From the IMG/VR virus record IMGVR_UViG_3300024284_000006, positions 1 through 40,988 of that record: a DNA stretch of 40,988 nucleotides. The stretch is one strand, 5' to 3'. The notes beneath the pieces are model-generated. The model did no database searches and was not told where the DNA came from. It was given only the letters and a program-made list of their open reading frames with translations. Positions 24,618 through 34,422 of the stretch are shown here, piece by piece. The number at the start of each line of letters is the position of its first letter. Position 1 is the stretch's first letter. This stretch comes from a virus (Duplodnaviria > Caudoviricetes). A program made the translations under genes and the position numbers.

Positions 24618-24797
24618 ACTTTTACGCTGTTTTGCTATAGCATAGTATCGTAATGAAGCGTATAATAAAGAGCATACCAACCGTTCAACTGTACTGGCGG
24701 TGTGCTTGGTGCAAATATTTGTACCCATGGCCGCAACAGAGAGCGAAACAATATTGTACGCGGAGTTGTAAGGATAAGGCGTATTATAGGAGGAAGA

Positions 24798-24947
24798 ATG
24801 GTCAAATATAAACCCGTAACACTTGCCATTAACGAGGATACTGGTGAACTGGTTGTGCTCGTCAAGGACAGCGAGACCCGGAAAGAGACGAAGTACAAGA
24901 AAGTTGGCATTGTGCGAATGGCGCCGGAGGCTGAGAATGGCAAGTGA
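24798..24947 (+). CDS. Small hypothetical protein
   Basis: AGGAGG RBS before MVKYKP. Confidence 0.6.
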   Translation: MVKYKPVTLAINEDTGELVVLVKDSETRKETKYKKVGIVRMAPEAENGK

Positions 24948-25113
24948 TTTAGATGAGAAGCTAGAACTGATACTAGGATTATATCGCAGAGATATTGAGC
25001 GTAACTATGGCGGTAGAACAGTTGGTAGGACTTTAACCGGAGACGAAGCTATCGAGCAGATCAAGCAAGCCTTTATAGATGCTGGGTGGAAAGAACCACA
25101 TGCAACAGATTGA
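24937..25113 (+). CDS. Small hypothetical protein
   Basis: GGAGG RBS before MASDLDEK. Confidence 0.6.
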   Translation: MASDLDEKLELILGLYRRDIERNYGGRTVGRTLTGDEAIEQIKQAFIDAGWKEPHATD

Positions 25114-25609
25114 ACTAGGAACAGGAATAACTCAGTACTTTGTTGATAAGAGTGGAGCGGTTTACTACCAATACCAGTCTCGCTTTCAGCAGATGGCTAA
25201 GCAGTTCACCAATACGGGCTATCAGTACATTCAAGTTGGCAGGCATCGACACTTAGTGCATAGGCTGATCGCCAAGGCATACCTACCCAACACCTTGAAT
25301 AAGCCTTGCGTAAATCATATTGACGGAGACAAAAAGAACAACCATGTTTCTAACCTCGAATGGGTAACATACAGCGAGAATATGCGCCATGCAGTCGATA
25401 CTGGGCTTTGGGTTCGGAAGGGTAGCAAACAGAATAACGCCAAGTTAACTGAAGCTATCGTTGAAACCATAAAGAACCGCTTGGTGGCCGGGGAAACCGG
25501 CACTAGTCTAGCCAAAGAATACGGAGTAGCACACGGCCGAATTTACGATATTAAACACGGGCGCAGCTGGAATCATGTGGCCGCCAAGAAAGCAGCAGGG
25601 CTAGAATGA
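25100..25609 (+). CDS. HNH homing endonuclease with C-terminal helix-turn-helix
   Basis: LVHRLIAKAYL..VNHIDGDKKNNHVSNLEW; AKLTE...LAKEYGV...IYDIKHGRSW. Confidence 0.9.
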   Translation: MQQIELGTGITQYFVDKSGAVYYQYQSRFQQMAKQFTNTGYQYIQVGRHRHLVHRLIAKAYLPNTLNKPCVNHIDGDKKNNHVSNLEWVTYSENMRHAVDTGLWVRKGSKQNNAKLTEAIVETIKNRLVAGETGTSLAKEYGVAHGRIYDIKHGRSWNHVAAKKAAGLE

Positions 25610-26001
25610 CCCAAGCTGAAAAACTAGAAGCATTGGTGCAGAAGGCCATTGATGGTGGGTGGGAATGCTTTGGACTAATCCCTATGATGAATTCGGTACA
25701 TAAGGGAGTATGGGAAGTTGAGTACGAGGAGCCTGATCTGAGATTATACTTCCGGAACTTGGGGAGAACTCGGCTTTACGATAGTAATGGGCTTAAAGTC
25801 GATGAGAACTCTATCATTTTCAACCACGCTTTTGCCCGTGCTTTGTTTGGGGAGAAGCTAGTGGATCATCAAGAGGTAGACAATGATGGCAATGCCTGGA
25901 ACTTTAGCACGTTAGCTTACCAGTACTACCCAATGCAAGCCGTAATATCCACAGACCCAATTTCTTATATGTATAAGGCGGTGCTCGGTGAAACATCTTA
26001 A
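25606..26001 (+). CDS. Hypothetical phage protein
   Basis: 131 aa, ATGA coupling. Confidence 0.65.
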   Translation: MTQAEKLEALVQKAIDGGWECFGLIPMMNSVHKGVWEVEYEEPDLRLYFRNLGRTRLYDSNGLKVDENSIIFNHAFARALFGEKLVDHQEVDNDGNAWNFSTLAYQYYPMQAVISTDPISYMYKAVLGETS

Positions 26002-26224
26002 GATTCACGATCTCGACGTTATAGGCAAGTTCGAGTTTCTAGTTGATGCTGAGAAGTCACTCAAGCGTCCCAAAGGCGATACTCGCGTTATAAGGACGGC
26101 GCACGGCCTTCTCTTTCCTGAAGACATCCAGCTATACAATGACAGAGATAAGTGGCTGTATGCTTTCGGGGCCACTCATACATGGCGTTCATTTGATGCA
26201 GAACATTGGGAGTTAGTTCGGTGA
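25988..26224 (+). CDS. Hypothetical protein
   Basis: 78 aa, overlaps the upstream gene. Confidence 0.55.
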   Translation: MKHLKIHDLDVIGKFEFLVDAEKSLKRPKGDTRVIRTAHGLLFPEDIQLYNDRDKWLYAFGATHTWRSFDAEHWELVR

Positions 26225-26400
26225 AGTATAAGTTAATTGCTACATGCTTCTATGTCGTTCTCATAGCAATAATTGGCTTGTGTTGGTGGATGTGGTTTAA
26301 ATTACCTTGTTCTAGTTTTAAGACCAACCCTGCATTGCGTACTGGTTACGCCCCTGCTCGATGCGTCCAATAGGTAACTAGCCGCATAACGACAGGTCCA

Positions 26401-26444
26401 TGGTATAATGGACCGTAAGGACAGCCCTATGTGGCTGTTTTTTT
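26401..26444 (+). promoter_or_regulatory. Portal operon promoter with promoter-proximal AGGACAGCC terminator
   Basis: TGgTATAAT, 8 nt, then AGGACAGCC-CTATGT-GGCTGT-TTTTTT. Confidence 0.75.
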
Positions 26445-26485
26445 GTGTCAAAAAATAGCTAACAGATTAGAATTACGAGAATATC

Positions 26486-28609
26486 TTGGGACAGACCGAC
26501 CCATTTACCCAGCAAACGGATGTTTACGAAGAGGCTTTTACCGAGCTGTATAGAGAGCCGGAGCCTTTTGAAGAGCTTGATCTGGAGATGTCTGACGACA
26601 TGCTGGACAAGATGCTTATTAACTCTTTGGAGGCCGACCGGGCACACTGGAATAAGAAGCCGTGGAACTTGGAAGAGACGGATGTAAAGAACACCGCCTT
26701 TTTGTTTGGTGATCAGCTGAACGATAAGGACTTTTTGCGGACGGATACCAAGTATGTTGACAACCGACTATTCTCTTCTGCGCGGGCGATCTTGAGCTAT
26801 GCGACCGGACAGCTTGCTAAACCAGACATTACGCCCAGTAAAGGTGATGAGATTTATTTGAAGGGTGCGCGAGATATTGGCGCAGCTTTGTACCAGCACT
26901 CTGTTGATGAGGATGCTGACCAGAAGTTCCGGGCAGCCACACTTAATCTTATTACTCGTAAGCGTGCTTATCTGAAGCTCCGGTTTGACCCAAACATTGG
27001 GCTGAACGGAGATATTGTTACGGAGATTTGCAACCCTGAAGACGTGATCTTGTGTCGCTTTACGGGCTACTTGCAGAATCCAAAGAAGATTTATCACCGG
27101 TTGCGATGTAGCGTGGATGAGCTGTGTGCTCGCTTTCCTGACAAGAAAGAGGAGATCTATGCCGCTTTTTCTATCCGACGCGGAGTGTATTCACAGACCT
27201 CTCGGATGGTGACGTACTTTGAATGCTGGTTCACGTACATGGGCAATGATATGACACCCAAGGAAGGTGTCTGTTGGTTTGTTGCCGAGAAGCACTTGGT
27301 GCTGGATAAGATGCGCAACCCAAACTGGGTGTACTTGAGCAGCGACAAGAAGGAAAAAGAAGCCAACGTTATGTCGTTGCCTCCTAAGCCATTTGTTGTA
27401 TTCAATCATATCAATACAGGACACTCGGCTATTGATGAGACATGCTTGATTGAGCAAGCACTTCCCTTGCAGGTTGCTTTGAACAAGCGATTGCGGCAGA
27501 TTGGGGAGAACGCGGACTATGTGAACGGCCGGTGGGTGGCTAGCAAGAAGGCTTTTAGCCAAGAAGATGCTCGCAACTTAATTAACAAGGGTGCGCGTAC
27601 GGTTGCTATGGCCGACCGGGAAGACGTGTCGAATGCCCTTGTGAATGTGGCACCGAATCAGTTGGGAGCATGGGTTGAGAATACTGTATATGACTATCGC
27701 AATGAGATAGACGGCATGATGGGTACGCCGGCGCAGTTTAAGGGTACTGACCCGAAGAGTAACGACACCCTTGGCCGTGATTTAATGATTAAACAGCAGG
27801 CTGGCGCGCTTCAGGATGACTTAGTCCGTTCCATTGCCGTGTCTGCTGCTCAGTACTACACCATTAAGTTGCAAATGTTCCGAGTGTATTATACCGACGA
27901 CTATTGGTTCCAGACCAAGGGTGGTGATGGCAAGTATGAATTTATATTGATTAATGGTGACAAGCTGGACAGCAACGTGCGCGTTAGTGTGCAGACGGAT
28001 AGCACATTGCCTTTGGACAAAGCGAGTATTCGGGCAACGGCTATGCAGCTATGGCAGGCAGGCAATGCGATCGACTATAAGAGTCTCATGGAAGACTTGG
28101 GGTTGCCAAACCCAGATGTGCGCGCTGAACGCTACCTGAAGAGCAATATTGACCCTGTCGGGTATCTAAAGTCCATCGAAATGGATGATATTAACGCTGA
28201 GGCTGAGTCGGACATTCAGCTTTTGATCGCCAACAAGACGCCAGAAGAGCGTGATGATTACGACCAAGGGTACTTTGATTACTTTAATAAGTTCATGGCC
28301 AGTAACCGATTTGCTAAGCTGCAGGGTAAAGACCCGAAGGCCGCACAACGTATCACGATGTTCCTGATTGCTGTGCAACACGCCATGATGCAGAGCTTGA
28401 ACTTGCAAGAAAGTATGACCCCGCAACCACAGCCGGGCATGTCGCAAGATCCGAACGCTATGCAGCCTGGACAGCTGACTCAGGCCGGAGGCGCGCCAGC
28501 ACCTGGCGGCCAAGCATCCCCGCAGTTGCCACCTAATCCGCAGGCTCAAGTCCCAGCCGATGCAACTTCTCTGCCCCCAGCGGCAGCCCCACCAGTACCA
28601 ACACAATAA
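26486..28609 (+). CDS. Portal protein (podoviral type, long Q/P tail)
   Basis: ~700 aa between terminase and scaffold/capsid; helical; Q/P-rich C-terminus; start uncertain. Confidence 0.8.
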   Translation: MGQTDPFTQQTDVYEEAFTELYREPEPFEELDLEMSDDMLDKMLINSLEADRAHWNKKPWNLEETDVKNTAFLFGDQLNDKDFLRTDTKYVDNRLFSSARAILSYATGQLAKPDITPSKGDEIYLKGARDIGAALYQHSVDEDADQKFRAATLNLITRKRAYLKLRFDPNIGLNGDIVTEICNPEDVILCRFTGYLQNPKKIYHRLRCSVDELCARFPDKKEEIYAAFSIRRGVYSQTSRMVTYFECWFTYMGNDMTPKEGVCWFVAEKHLVLDKMRNPNWVYLSSDKKEKEANVMSLPPKPFVVFNHINTGHSAIDETCLIEQALPLQVALNKRLRQIGENADYVNGRWVASKKAFSQEDARNLINKGARTVAMADREDVSNALVNVAPNQLGAWVENTVYDYRNEIDGMMGTPAQFKGTDPKSNDTLGRDLMIKQQAGALQDDLVRSIAVSAAQYYTIKLQMFRVYYTDDYWFQTKGGDGKYEFILINGDKLDSNVRVSVQTDSTLPLDKASIRATAMQLWQAGNAIDYKSLMEDLGLPNPDVRAERYLKSNIDPVGYLKSIEMDDINAEAESDIQLLIANKTPEERDDYDQGYFDYFNKFMASNRFAKLQGKDPKAAQRITMFLIAVQHAMMQSLNLQESMTPQPQPGMSQDPNAMQPGQLTQAGGAPAPGGQASPQLPPNPQAQVPADATSLPPAAAPPVPTQ

Positions 28610-28621
28610 TAAGGAGGCTTT

Positions 28622-29584
28622 ATGCCAGAACCGCAGATACAAACTGTTAAGGATGCGCTGAGTGAAGAGCAAGTAAAGGCTGCTAATGAGGCTGAGATGA
28701 AGAAGTGGGAGGGTGATTTTGACCCTGCTAGTTTGGAAGTGCCATACAGCCGTGAAGAGTCAAAAGACGACAAGAAATCTGAAGAAGAAGACCCGAAAAC
28801 GGACAAAGGTGATGAAGACGGCCAAGAAATAGACGACGCAGAGGTGGAAACCGATGATGAATACACCGAGCCTGCGCCTGTTTTGACCGTTGAAGACCCC
28901 GGTGAGTTTACGCCTGGTGATTATTCTTTTGAAGTCACGCTGAAAGATGGTAAAACGCATAAAGTTAGCACCCCTGAAGAGGCAGATAAGCTAGCTGAAG
29001 ACCCGGAGAACTTTGAAACTCCTAAGCAGCTGCTTGATTTTATCCGTCGCTCCCAGAAAATGGAGAATCAGCTCGACAAAGACAAAGAAAAGTGGGAAGC
29101 GCAGAAGAAAACGTTTGATGAGCAGACAGAAGTGGCTGAGCAGCGACAAGAAACTGTCGAGAACATGGTGAGTGAGTTTAAATACCTGGTTGGTAAGGGC
29201 TTGATGCCCAAGATTGACAAGCAATACCTCGATGCCGATTGGAGCGATCCAGAAGTTGCCAAGCAACCTGGAGTTAAAGAGCAAATGGAACTACTCAACT
29301 ACATGGTGAGAGAGAATGAGGTTCGGGCTAAGGCCAAAGTTCGCTTGTTGACCTCTGTAGTGGATGCTTATAACGCTTGGCAGCAAGACCCTGAGCGTAA
29401 AAAGGCAGACGAAGAACGCCAAAAAGCCGAGGACGATAAACGAGCTGCTGGTGAAGCACGCCGAGTTGCTGGAGCACGGGTGGCGGGCGTTTCGGCCTCG
29501 AATCAAACGCCATATGCACCTAAAGGTGTGGCAGTTGGTCGGGTGATTAACTTTGGTACCGACCCGAGCGTATGGGACGACTAA
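28622..29584 (+). CDS. Capsid scaffolding protein
   Basis: Very acidic N-terminus with coiled coils; lies between portal and capsid. Confidence 0.7.
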   Translation: MPEPQIQTVKDALSEEQVKAANEAEMKKWEGDFDPASLEVPYSREESKDDKKSEEEDPKTDKGDEDGQEIDDAEVETDDEYTEPAPVLTVEDPGEFTPGDYSFEVTLKDGKTHKVSTPEEADKLAEDPENFETPKQLLDFIRRSQKMENQLDKDKEKWEAQKKTFDEQTEVAEQRQETVENMVSEFKYLVGKGLMPKIDKQYLDADWSDPEVAKQPGVKEQMELLNYMVRENEVRAKAKVRLLTSVVDAYNAWQQDPERKKADEERQKAEDDKRAAGEARRVAGARVAGVSASNQTPYAPKGVAVGRVINFGTDPSVWDD

Positions 29585-29588
29585 AATA

Positions 29589-29696
29589 CTTGCATTATCT
29601 GGCTAGGTGATATATCATGCAACTAAGGACAGCCCTTTATGGGCTGTTTCTTTAGTTGACCGCAGACAGCAGACAGCCTGGCAAAGGCTGTTTTTT
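29589..29696 (+). promoter_or_regulatory. Capsid promoter with operator and two tandem GACAGCC terminators
   Basis: TTGCAT-17-TATCAT; CTTGC-N8-GCTAG; AGGACAGCCC-TTTAT-GGGCTGT-TTCTTT, then AGACAGCCT-GGCAA-AGGCTGT-TTTTT. Confidence 0.8.
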
Positions 29697-29722
29697 ATTA
29701 CAAGATAATAAGGAGCATCTGC

Positions 29723-30796
29723 ATGTCAGCGACTGCACAGAATGACAGGGTTAATAACATCACCCTGCAGGACTACAACTCCACTGTAGTCGACACTATT
29801 AGCAAATCTAGTGAAATCATGAGAGGTATTGTCTCTCGTCCGGACCGTTGGAACGGTCGAAGCTACAGCTCGCCGATTTTTACCAACAACTCGCAACTCG
29901 GTACGAGCTTTAAGGGTACGGAAACCTTTGACACCTCGATTGACTACAACACGCAGCAAATGACCTGGTTTCCGACTGGTTATGCACAACCTGTTGGTGT
30001 TTCGGTTGTGGAGCGCTCGATCAACTCTACACCGAGTGGCGTTGTTGACCTGTACAAGTCTTCGTACCAGTACGCACAGAACTCGATGATCACGGCGCTT
30101 GGCCAGATCTTCTACGGCTACGGCAACGGCAATGACTTTGATGGTCTGGGTGTGATTGTAGACGACGGTACGAGCACGGCTAGCTATGCTGGCTTGACCC
30201 GTGCTACCTACCCGACGATCAACGGCTACGTAACTGCTGCTTCTGGCGGTGTGCTTGATCTAGATCTGATGGCTGCAGCCGACGATGGCGCAAGCATCTC
30301 TGGTGATGAGTCTGAGACTCCGAACAAGATTATGGCTACTCAGAGCGTCTGGAGTTTGTACGAAAGCTTGCTGTCTCCGACGGTGAGCGCTCGATACGAT
30401 AGCCTTGGTGGATCGTTTGTAGACGGCTCGAGTGCACTTAACCAAAGTGTTAGCCAGAGCAATGCTCAATGGTTGAGGGGTGGTGCCACAAGCGTAAGCT
30501 TCCGCGGCAAGCCATTGATCCGCGACCAGAAATGCCCAACCACCCAGATGATTGGTCTGAACGACAAGTGGTTCCACTTCCGCAGCCTGAAACTTGAAGG
30601 TCTTGACCTAGTCGCTACCGAAGAGGACGTGACAGCTGGCGCCTACAAGCAATACAAGGTATCTGCCTTCCAGTTCCGCAAGCCACTAATGCCGGTGAAC
30701 CAACTGGCTGAAGTCGGAATCTTCGTTATGTACGGCCAGTTCTACTGCGAAAACCCCAACCGTAACTTTAAGATCACTGGGATCACGACAGTTTAA
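29723..30796 (+). CDS. Major capsid protein
   Basis: 357 aa after the scaffold; FDGLGVIVD, YAGLTRATY, GKPLIRDQKC and CENPNRN are typical of HK97-fold capsid proteins. Confidence 0.85.
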   Translation: MSATAQNDRVNNITLQDYNSTVVDTISKSSEIMRGIVSRPDRWNGRSYSSPIFTNNSQLGTSFKGTETFDTSIDYNTQQMTWFPTGYAQPVGVSVVERSINSTPSGVVDLYKSSYQYAQNSMITALGQIFYGYGNGNDFDGLGVIVDDGTSTASYAGLTRATYPTINGYVTAASGGVLDLDLMAAADDGASISGDESETPNKIMATQSVWSLYESLLSPTVSARYDSLGGSFVDGSSALNQSVSQSNAQWLRGGATSVSFRGKPLIRDQKCPTTQMIGLNDKWFHFRSLKLEGLDLVATEEDVTAGAYKQYKVSAFQFRKPLMPVNQLAEVGIFVMYGQFYCENPNRNFKITGITTV

Positions 30797-30822
30797 TAAG
30801 ACAACTCTAAGGAGAAAAAACT

Positions 30823-31566
30823 ATGTCATTAGCAGCATCAATCCAAATCACCGACCAGGATATCTATCAGCAAAGCTCTACTAAGGGTGCCGAGAGAATC
30901 GGTCAGGTGGCTACCACGCCGAGCGGAAAAGTCTTTGCTTACGCCTTGAACGGCGCTGGCGCGCTTACAGCCGGCAAAATTACTGAACCAGTTGCTGTAA
31001 CGGCCAACTATGCTACCCGTACTTTGACCACTGCCGTTACTCAATACTCGAACCAAGTCACTATTCCCCTGGGAACCACAGCAACCGCCGACGCCTTTAT
31101 AGGCTTCTGGCTGGTTGTGACCGACGGTACTGGTAAGGGACAAGGAGCGTACAGCGTTCTGGGAAACACCGCTGCAACTGCTGGCAACAGCAACACGACG
31201 ATTGTTACGGTGAGCGGTGGCGTGAACATCGCGCTAGACACAACCAGCGTTGTAGGCCTATACCCGAACCAAGAAAGCTCGGTTGTTACCCACACTGCCG
31301 CTGTCGCAGTACCAGTTGCTGGTGCTCCAGTAATCAACGTGACGGCGGCGAACTACTTCTGGAACCAAGTTGGTGGATACGCCTCTGTCTTAAGTGACGG
31401 TGCGATCACCAAAAACGCTGGGGCCATCGCCTCTGACGCTGTAGCCGGCGCTGCCGAAATCGAAGTAGCAGGTTCGGTTACTCAACGCATTGGATATGCC
31501 CCGGAGCTCACTGTTGACACGAAATACTCGCCGCTTGTGCTCTCTTGCCCGATCTCAAGCATGTAA
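30823..31566 (+). CDS. Putative capsid decoration/cement protein
   Basis: Follows the capsid gene; GKVFAYA...NYFWNQVGG pattern; A/T/V-rich. Confidence 0.55.
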   Translation: MSLAASIQITDQDIYQQSSTKGAERIGQVATTPSGKVFAYALNGAGALTAGKITEPVAVTANYATRTLTTAVTQYSNQVTIPLGTTATADAFIGFWLVVTDGTGKGQGAYSVLGNTAATAGNSNTTIVTVSGGVNIALDTTSVVGLYPNQESSVVTHTAAVAVPVAGAPVINVTAANYFWNQVGGYASVLSDGAITKNAGAIASDAVAGAAEIEVAGSVTQRIGYAPELTVDTKYSPLVLSCPISSM

Positions 31567-31593
31567 AAAGCCTAACCCACGGGAGAAAAAACT

Positions 31594-32190
31594 ATGGCTA
31601 TTGGAAACTTGAAACTTGAAAACTATGTACCCGTCGTAAAACTAAACGAAGGTTTGTACACCAAAAAGGCGATTAGTACTACTAGCAACCTGTCGGTTGG
31701 CGGTACATCGACGTTTACAGGAGTGGCGACCTTTACGGCTGCTCCTGTGTTTAGCGGCGGCAGTAAGCGTAACGTCGTCTCTGGATCAGGCGCAACGGTA
31801 ACGTTGACGAGCTCACAGAGTGGTTCAGCAGTCTTAATGGATCGAGCCGCCGGCATCGTTTTTACGCTTCCCGCACCAGTCGTTGGTTTGAACTTTGAGT
31901 TTTTGGTGACGACAACGGTATCGACTAACAGTTATAAGGTGATTACCGATGCCGGCACTACGTTTATCGCGGGATCTGCGGTTATGAGCAGTGATAACTT
32001 GGCCAGCAAATCATTCTTGGGGAACGGTACGACACATCTGGCAGTCACTCAGGCGGCTGCGAGCTCTAATGCTACCGGTGGTATCGTAGGTAGCGTACTG
32101 AGGCTGACGTGTGTAAGTAGCACTCTTTGGGTAGCAGCCGGCAATCTGGTCGCAAGTGCAACACCTACTACACCGTTCGCAACATCTTAG
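31594..32190 (+). CDS. Putative virion fibre/decoration protein
   Basis: T/S/A-rich; VFTLPAPVVGLNFEF module. Confidence 0.55.
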   Translation: MAIGNLKLENYVPVVKLNEGLYTKKAISTTSNLSVGGTSTFTGVATFTAAPVFSGGSKRNVVSGSGATVTLTSSQSGSAVLMDRAAGIVFTLPAPVVGLNFEFLVTTTVSTNSYKVITDAGTTFIAGSAVMSSDNLASKSFLGNGTTHLAVTQAAASSNATGGIVGSVLRLTCVSSTLWVAAGNLVASATPTTPFATS

Positions 32191-32202
32191 AAAGGAACAC
32201 CT

Positions 32203-32466
32203 ATGGGGAATTCAGCACTATATGGCAATATGGCACGATATAGTGCTGTTTCTCCTACCCTTTCAAATGGAAAAGCTGTGGCTCTACAGGTGAACAGTAG
32301 AAATGCTCTGAAGCTCACTACTGTTCTGCCTGTAGGCTCCGGAACCCCCAGACCCAAAGTGAAATATGGCCAATCTGCCCGATATAACTCCAACGCCATG
32401 ACACTGCAAGACGGGGAAGAAGTAGCCTTACAAGTTGATGTTAATGGGAATTTAATAGTTACTTAA
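32203..32466 (+). CDS. Small virion protein with two internal ~30-aa repeats
   Basis: ARYSAVSPTLSNGKAVALQVN and ARYNSNAMTLQDGEEVALQVD. Confidence 0.6.
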   Translation: MGNSALYGNMARYSAVSPTLSNGKAVALQVNSRNALKLTTVLPVGSGTPRPKVKYGQSARYNSNAMTLQDGEEVALQVDVNGNLIVT

Positions 32467-32481
32467 TGAAAGGATGATGCC

Positions 32482-32745
32482 ATGCCTAAGTCTTCACTAT
32501 ATGGGATGCCCGCAAGGTATCTGGCCACCCCACCGACTTTAACAGATGGGGACGCCGTACCTTTGTTGGTTAATCAGAGTGGCGCTTTGGTAGTAACCGG
32601 CGGCAATGTTTCATCTCAGGCATATACTGTCTCTAACTTTACTCCGACCCGTACCTATAATGCTGGGACCGCTAGTAGCGCCGACACCAATAACACTTTG
32701 GCAACACTCATAAGTGACCTGAAAGCAGCTGGCATCCTCCAATAG
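32482..32745 (+). CDS. Small virion protein (repeat module plus head-fibre-like C-terminus)
   Basis: ARYLATPPTLTDGDAVPLLVN; ends NTLATLISDLKAAGILQ. Confidence 0.6.
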   Translation: MPKSSLYGMPARYLATPPTLTDGDAVPLLVNQSGALVVTGGNVSSQAYTVSNFTPTRTYNAGTASSADTNNTLATLISDLKAAGILQ

Positions 32746-32754
32746 GAGTGCCAC

Positions 32755-33513
32755 ATGGCAAATTGGAACACGATCCCTGGTAATCAAATTGTTGCTGTAG
32801 GAGAGACCGTTCGTCGCAAGCTTGACGACTCGGGCTGGGAGGGGCATGCGTGGGCTAGCACGAAGGCCGATGTAGGACTCGGCAATGTCGATAACACATC
32901 TGATGCTAGCAAGCCTATCTCGACCGCCACACAGACTGCTTTGGATGCCAAGCAGGACTTGATAACGAGCGGCACGACAGCACAATACATGAGAGGAGAC
33001 TTGAGCCTGGCGACTTTTCCCACTATTCCGGCCGCCCAAGTGAATTGTGACTGGACGTCCGTATCTGGCGTGAGCCAGGTGCTCAACAAGCCTACGCTGG
33101 CGACAGTGGCGACTACGGGAAGTTATACGGATCTGTCAAATAAGCCCACTATACCGACACTGCCTAGCTACGGCCAGAGTGCTGTAACGCGATCTTTTAA
33201 CACCGTGTTTGTTCCTTCGAGCACGCGTAATGTTGTGGTCTCTTACTCGGTGGAGATCGCCGCTACGATTAGCCTGACGGCCGGTCAAACAGGTACGGTA
33301 TTTCTGGAGATATCAGCAGATGGAAGTACAGGTTGGACGGAGATTAGTCGAGCGACCAATGGCAATACTGGAACGCTTACGATAGGCTTGAACCTTACTC
33401 AGACGGCGACTAACCCTGTGGTAGGTACCGTGCCAGCTGGTTATTCGGTGAGATTGAGAACTACAGGGACTGCGACAATAACCTACCGAGCAGGGCAAGA
33501 GACGTTGATATAA
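32755..33513 (+). CDS. Fibre-like virion protein
   Basis: TKADVGLGNVDNTSDASKPISTATQTALDAKQD and LATVATTGSYTDLSNKPTIP are phage fibre repeats. Confidence 0.75.
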   Translation: MANWNTIPGNQIVAVGETVRRKLDDSGWEGHAWASTKADVGLGNVDNTSDASKPISTATQTALDAKQDLITSGTTAQYMRGDLSLATFPTIPAAQVNCDWTSVSGVSQVLNKPTLATVATTGSYTDLSNKPTIPTLPSYGQSAVTRSFNTVFVPSSTRNVVVSYSVEIAATISLTAGQTGTVFLEISADGSTGWTEISRATNGNTGTLTIGLNLTQTATNPVVGTVPAGYSVRLRTTGTATITYRAGQETLI

Positions 33514-33553
33514 CTAGCATTATTCGGCTAGCTCTTGTATAATGCGGGGTATG
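33514..33553 (+). promoter_or_regulatory. Promoter with CTAGC-N8-GCTAG operator and leaderless start
   Basis: TAGCAT-17-TATAAT (33538-33543); ATG 7 nt downstream at 33551 with no SD. Confidence 0.7.
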
Positions 33554-33778
33554 ACTTTAGAAGACCGCATTACTGAGGTAGAACAAAAATTTAATGAAAA
33601 ACAGGCAGAACGCGAAGAGTGTTTACAAGAAATGCTCCGGTTACAAGGTGAACACCGCGTGCTATTGTCTCTTTTGAACGAAAAGAAAGGAAGCGAGCCG
33701 GGGGAAACTTCGGCTTCTGTTCCTGTCTCTGATAAGGCAAATGTAATCGAGGCTACTGCAGCCGAGGAGAATAAATAA
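33551..33778 (+). CDS. Small coiled-coil protein
   Basis: MTLEDRITEVE...; probably leaderless. Confidence 0.65.
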   Translation: MTLEDRITEVEQKFNEKQAEREECLQEMLRLQGEHRVLLSLLNEKKGSEPGETSASVPVSDKANVIEATAAEENK

Positions 33779-34422
33779 TGGCTCTTGTTGGCCCAGGCGC
33801 AACACAACAAATTACCGAGGCACCGGCTCCTACACTGGAAGGTGCAAGTGAATACGAGTTTGTAACTATTTTGAACCCTCTACCAGATGATTTTTCTGTT
33901 CTGGTAGCACAAGATGTACCGGTGAATGTGCCGTATCTGACGAAAGATCAAGACGGAAACACACTGAACGAGGCGGAAGTCAACCGTACTTACGGTGTTA
34001 GCCTGCGCAACAAAGACTTTAAAGGCCGTAAGCACATATCGAACGCTACGACTATTAAGGCCGGCCAGACTATTAACCTCAAAGGTAACGAGGCACAAGT
34101 CGCGGTTCGACAATTGGTGAACGAGATCTTGCAGCGTGAGGGCAAACGGCGGCTGATGGCTGACCCTCATCTACGCCAAGAAGTAGAGGCGAGAATTATC
34201 AAGAACCGTGGCTCTGTACAGGAACTTATGGACAGAAACTTGCAGCCGATGCGCAACCAGTTGGACGAAGCAATTAAACAATCGAACGAGGCCCACGATG
34301 AAGAAGCCTTCCCCGAACTTAGACAGCCAGATCAAGGCCCAGGAACAGAAGCTGTCAATACTCCAGACTACGGTCAAAGCCAGCGAAAAAGAGTGGGCCG
34401 ACCGAAAAAGACAGATAGCTGA
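33778..34422 (+). CDS. Hypothetical protein with basic C-terminal KRVGRPKK motif
   Basis: 214 aa, GAGGAG RBS. Confidence 0.7.
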   Translation: MALVGPGATQQITEAPAPTLEGASEYEFVTILNPLPDDFSVLVAQDVPVNVPYLTKDQDGNTLNEAEVNRTYGVSLRNKDFKGRKHISNATTIKAGQTINLKGNEAQVAVRQLVNEILQREGKRRLMADPHLRQEVEARIIKNRGSVQELMDRNLQPMRNQLDEAIKQSNEAHDEEAFPELRQPDQGPGTEAVNTPDYGQSQRKRVGRPKKTDS

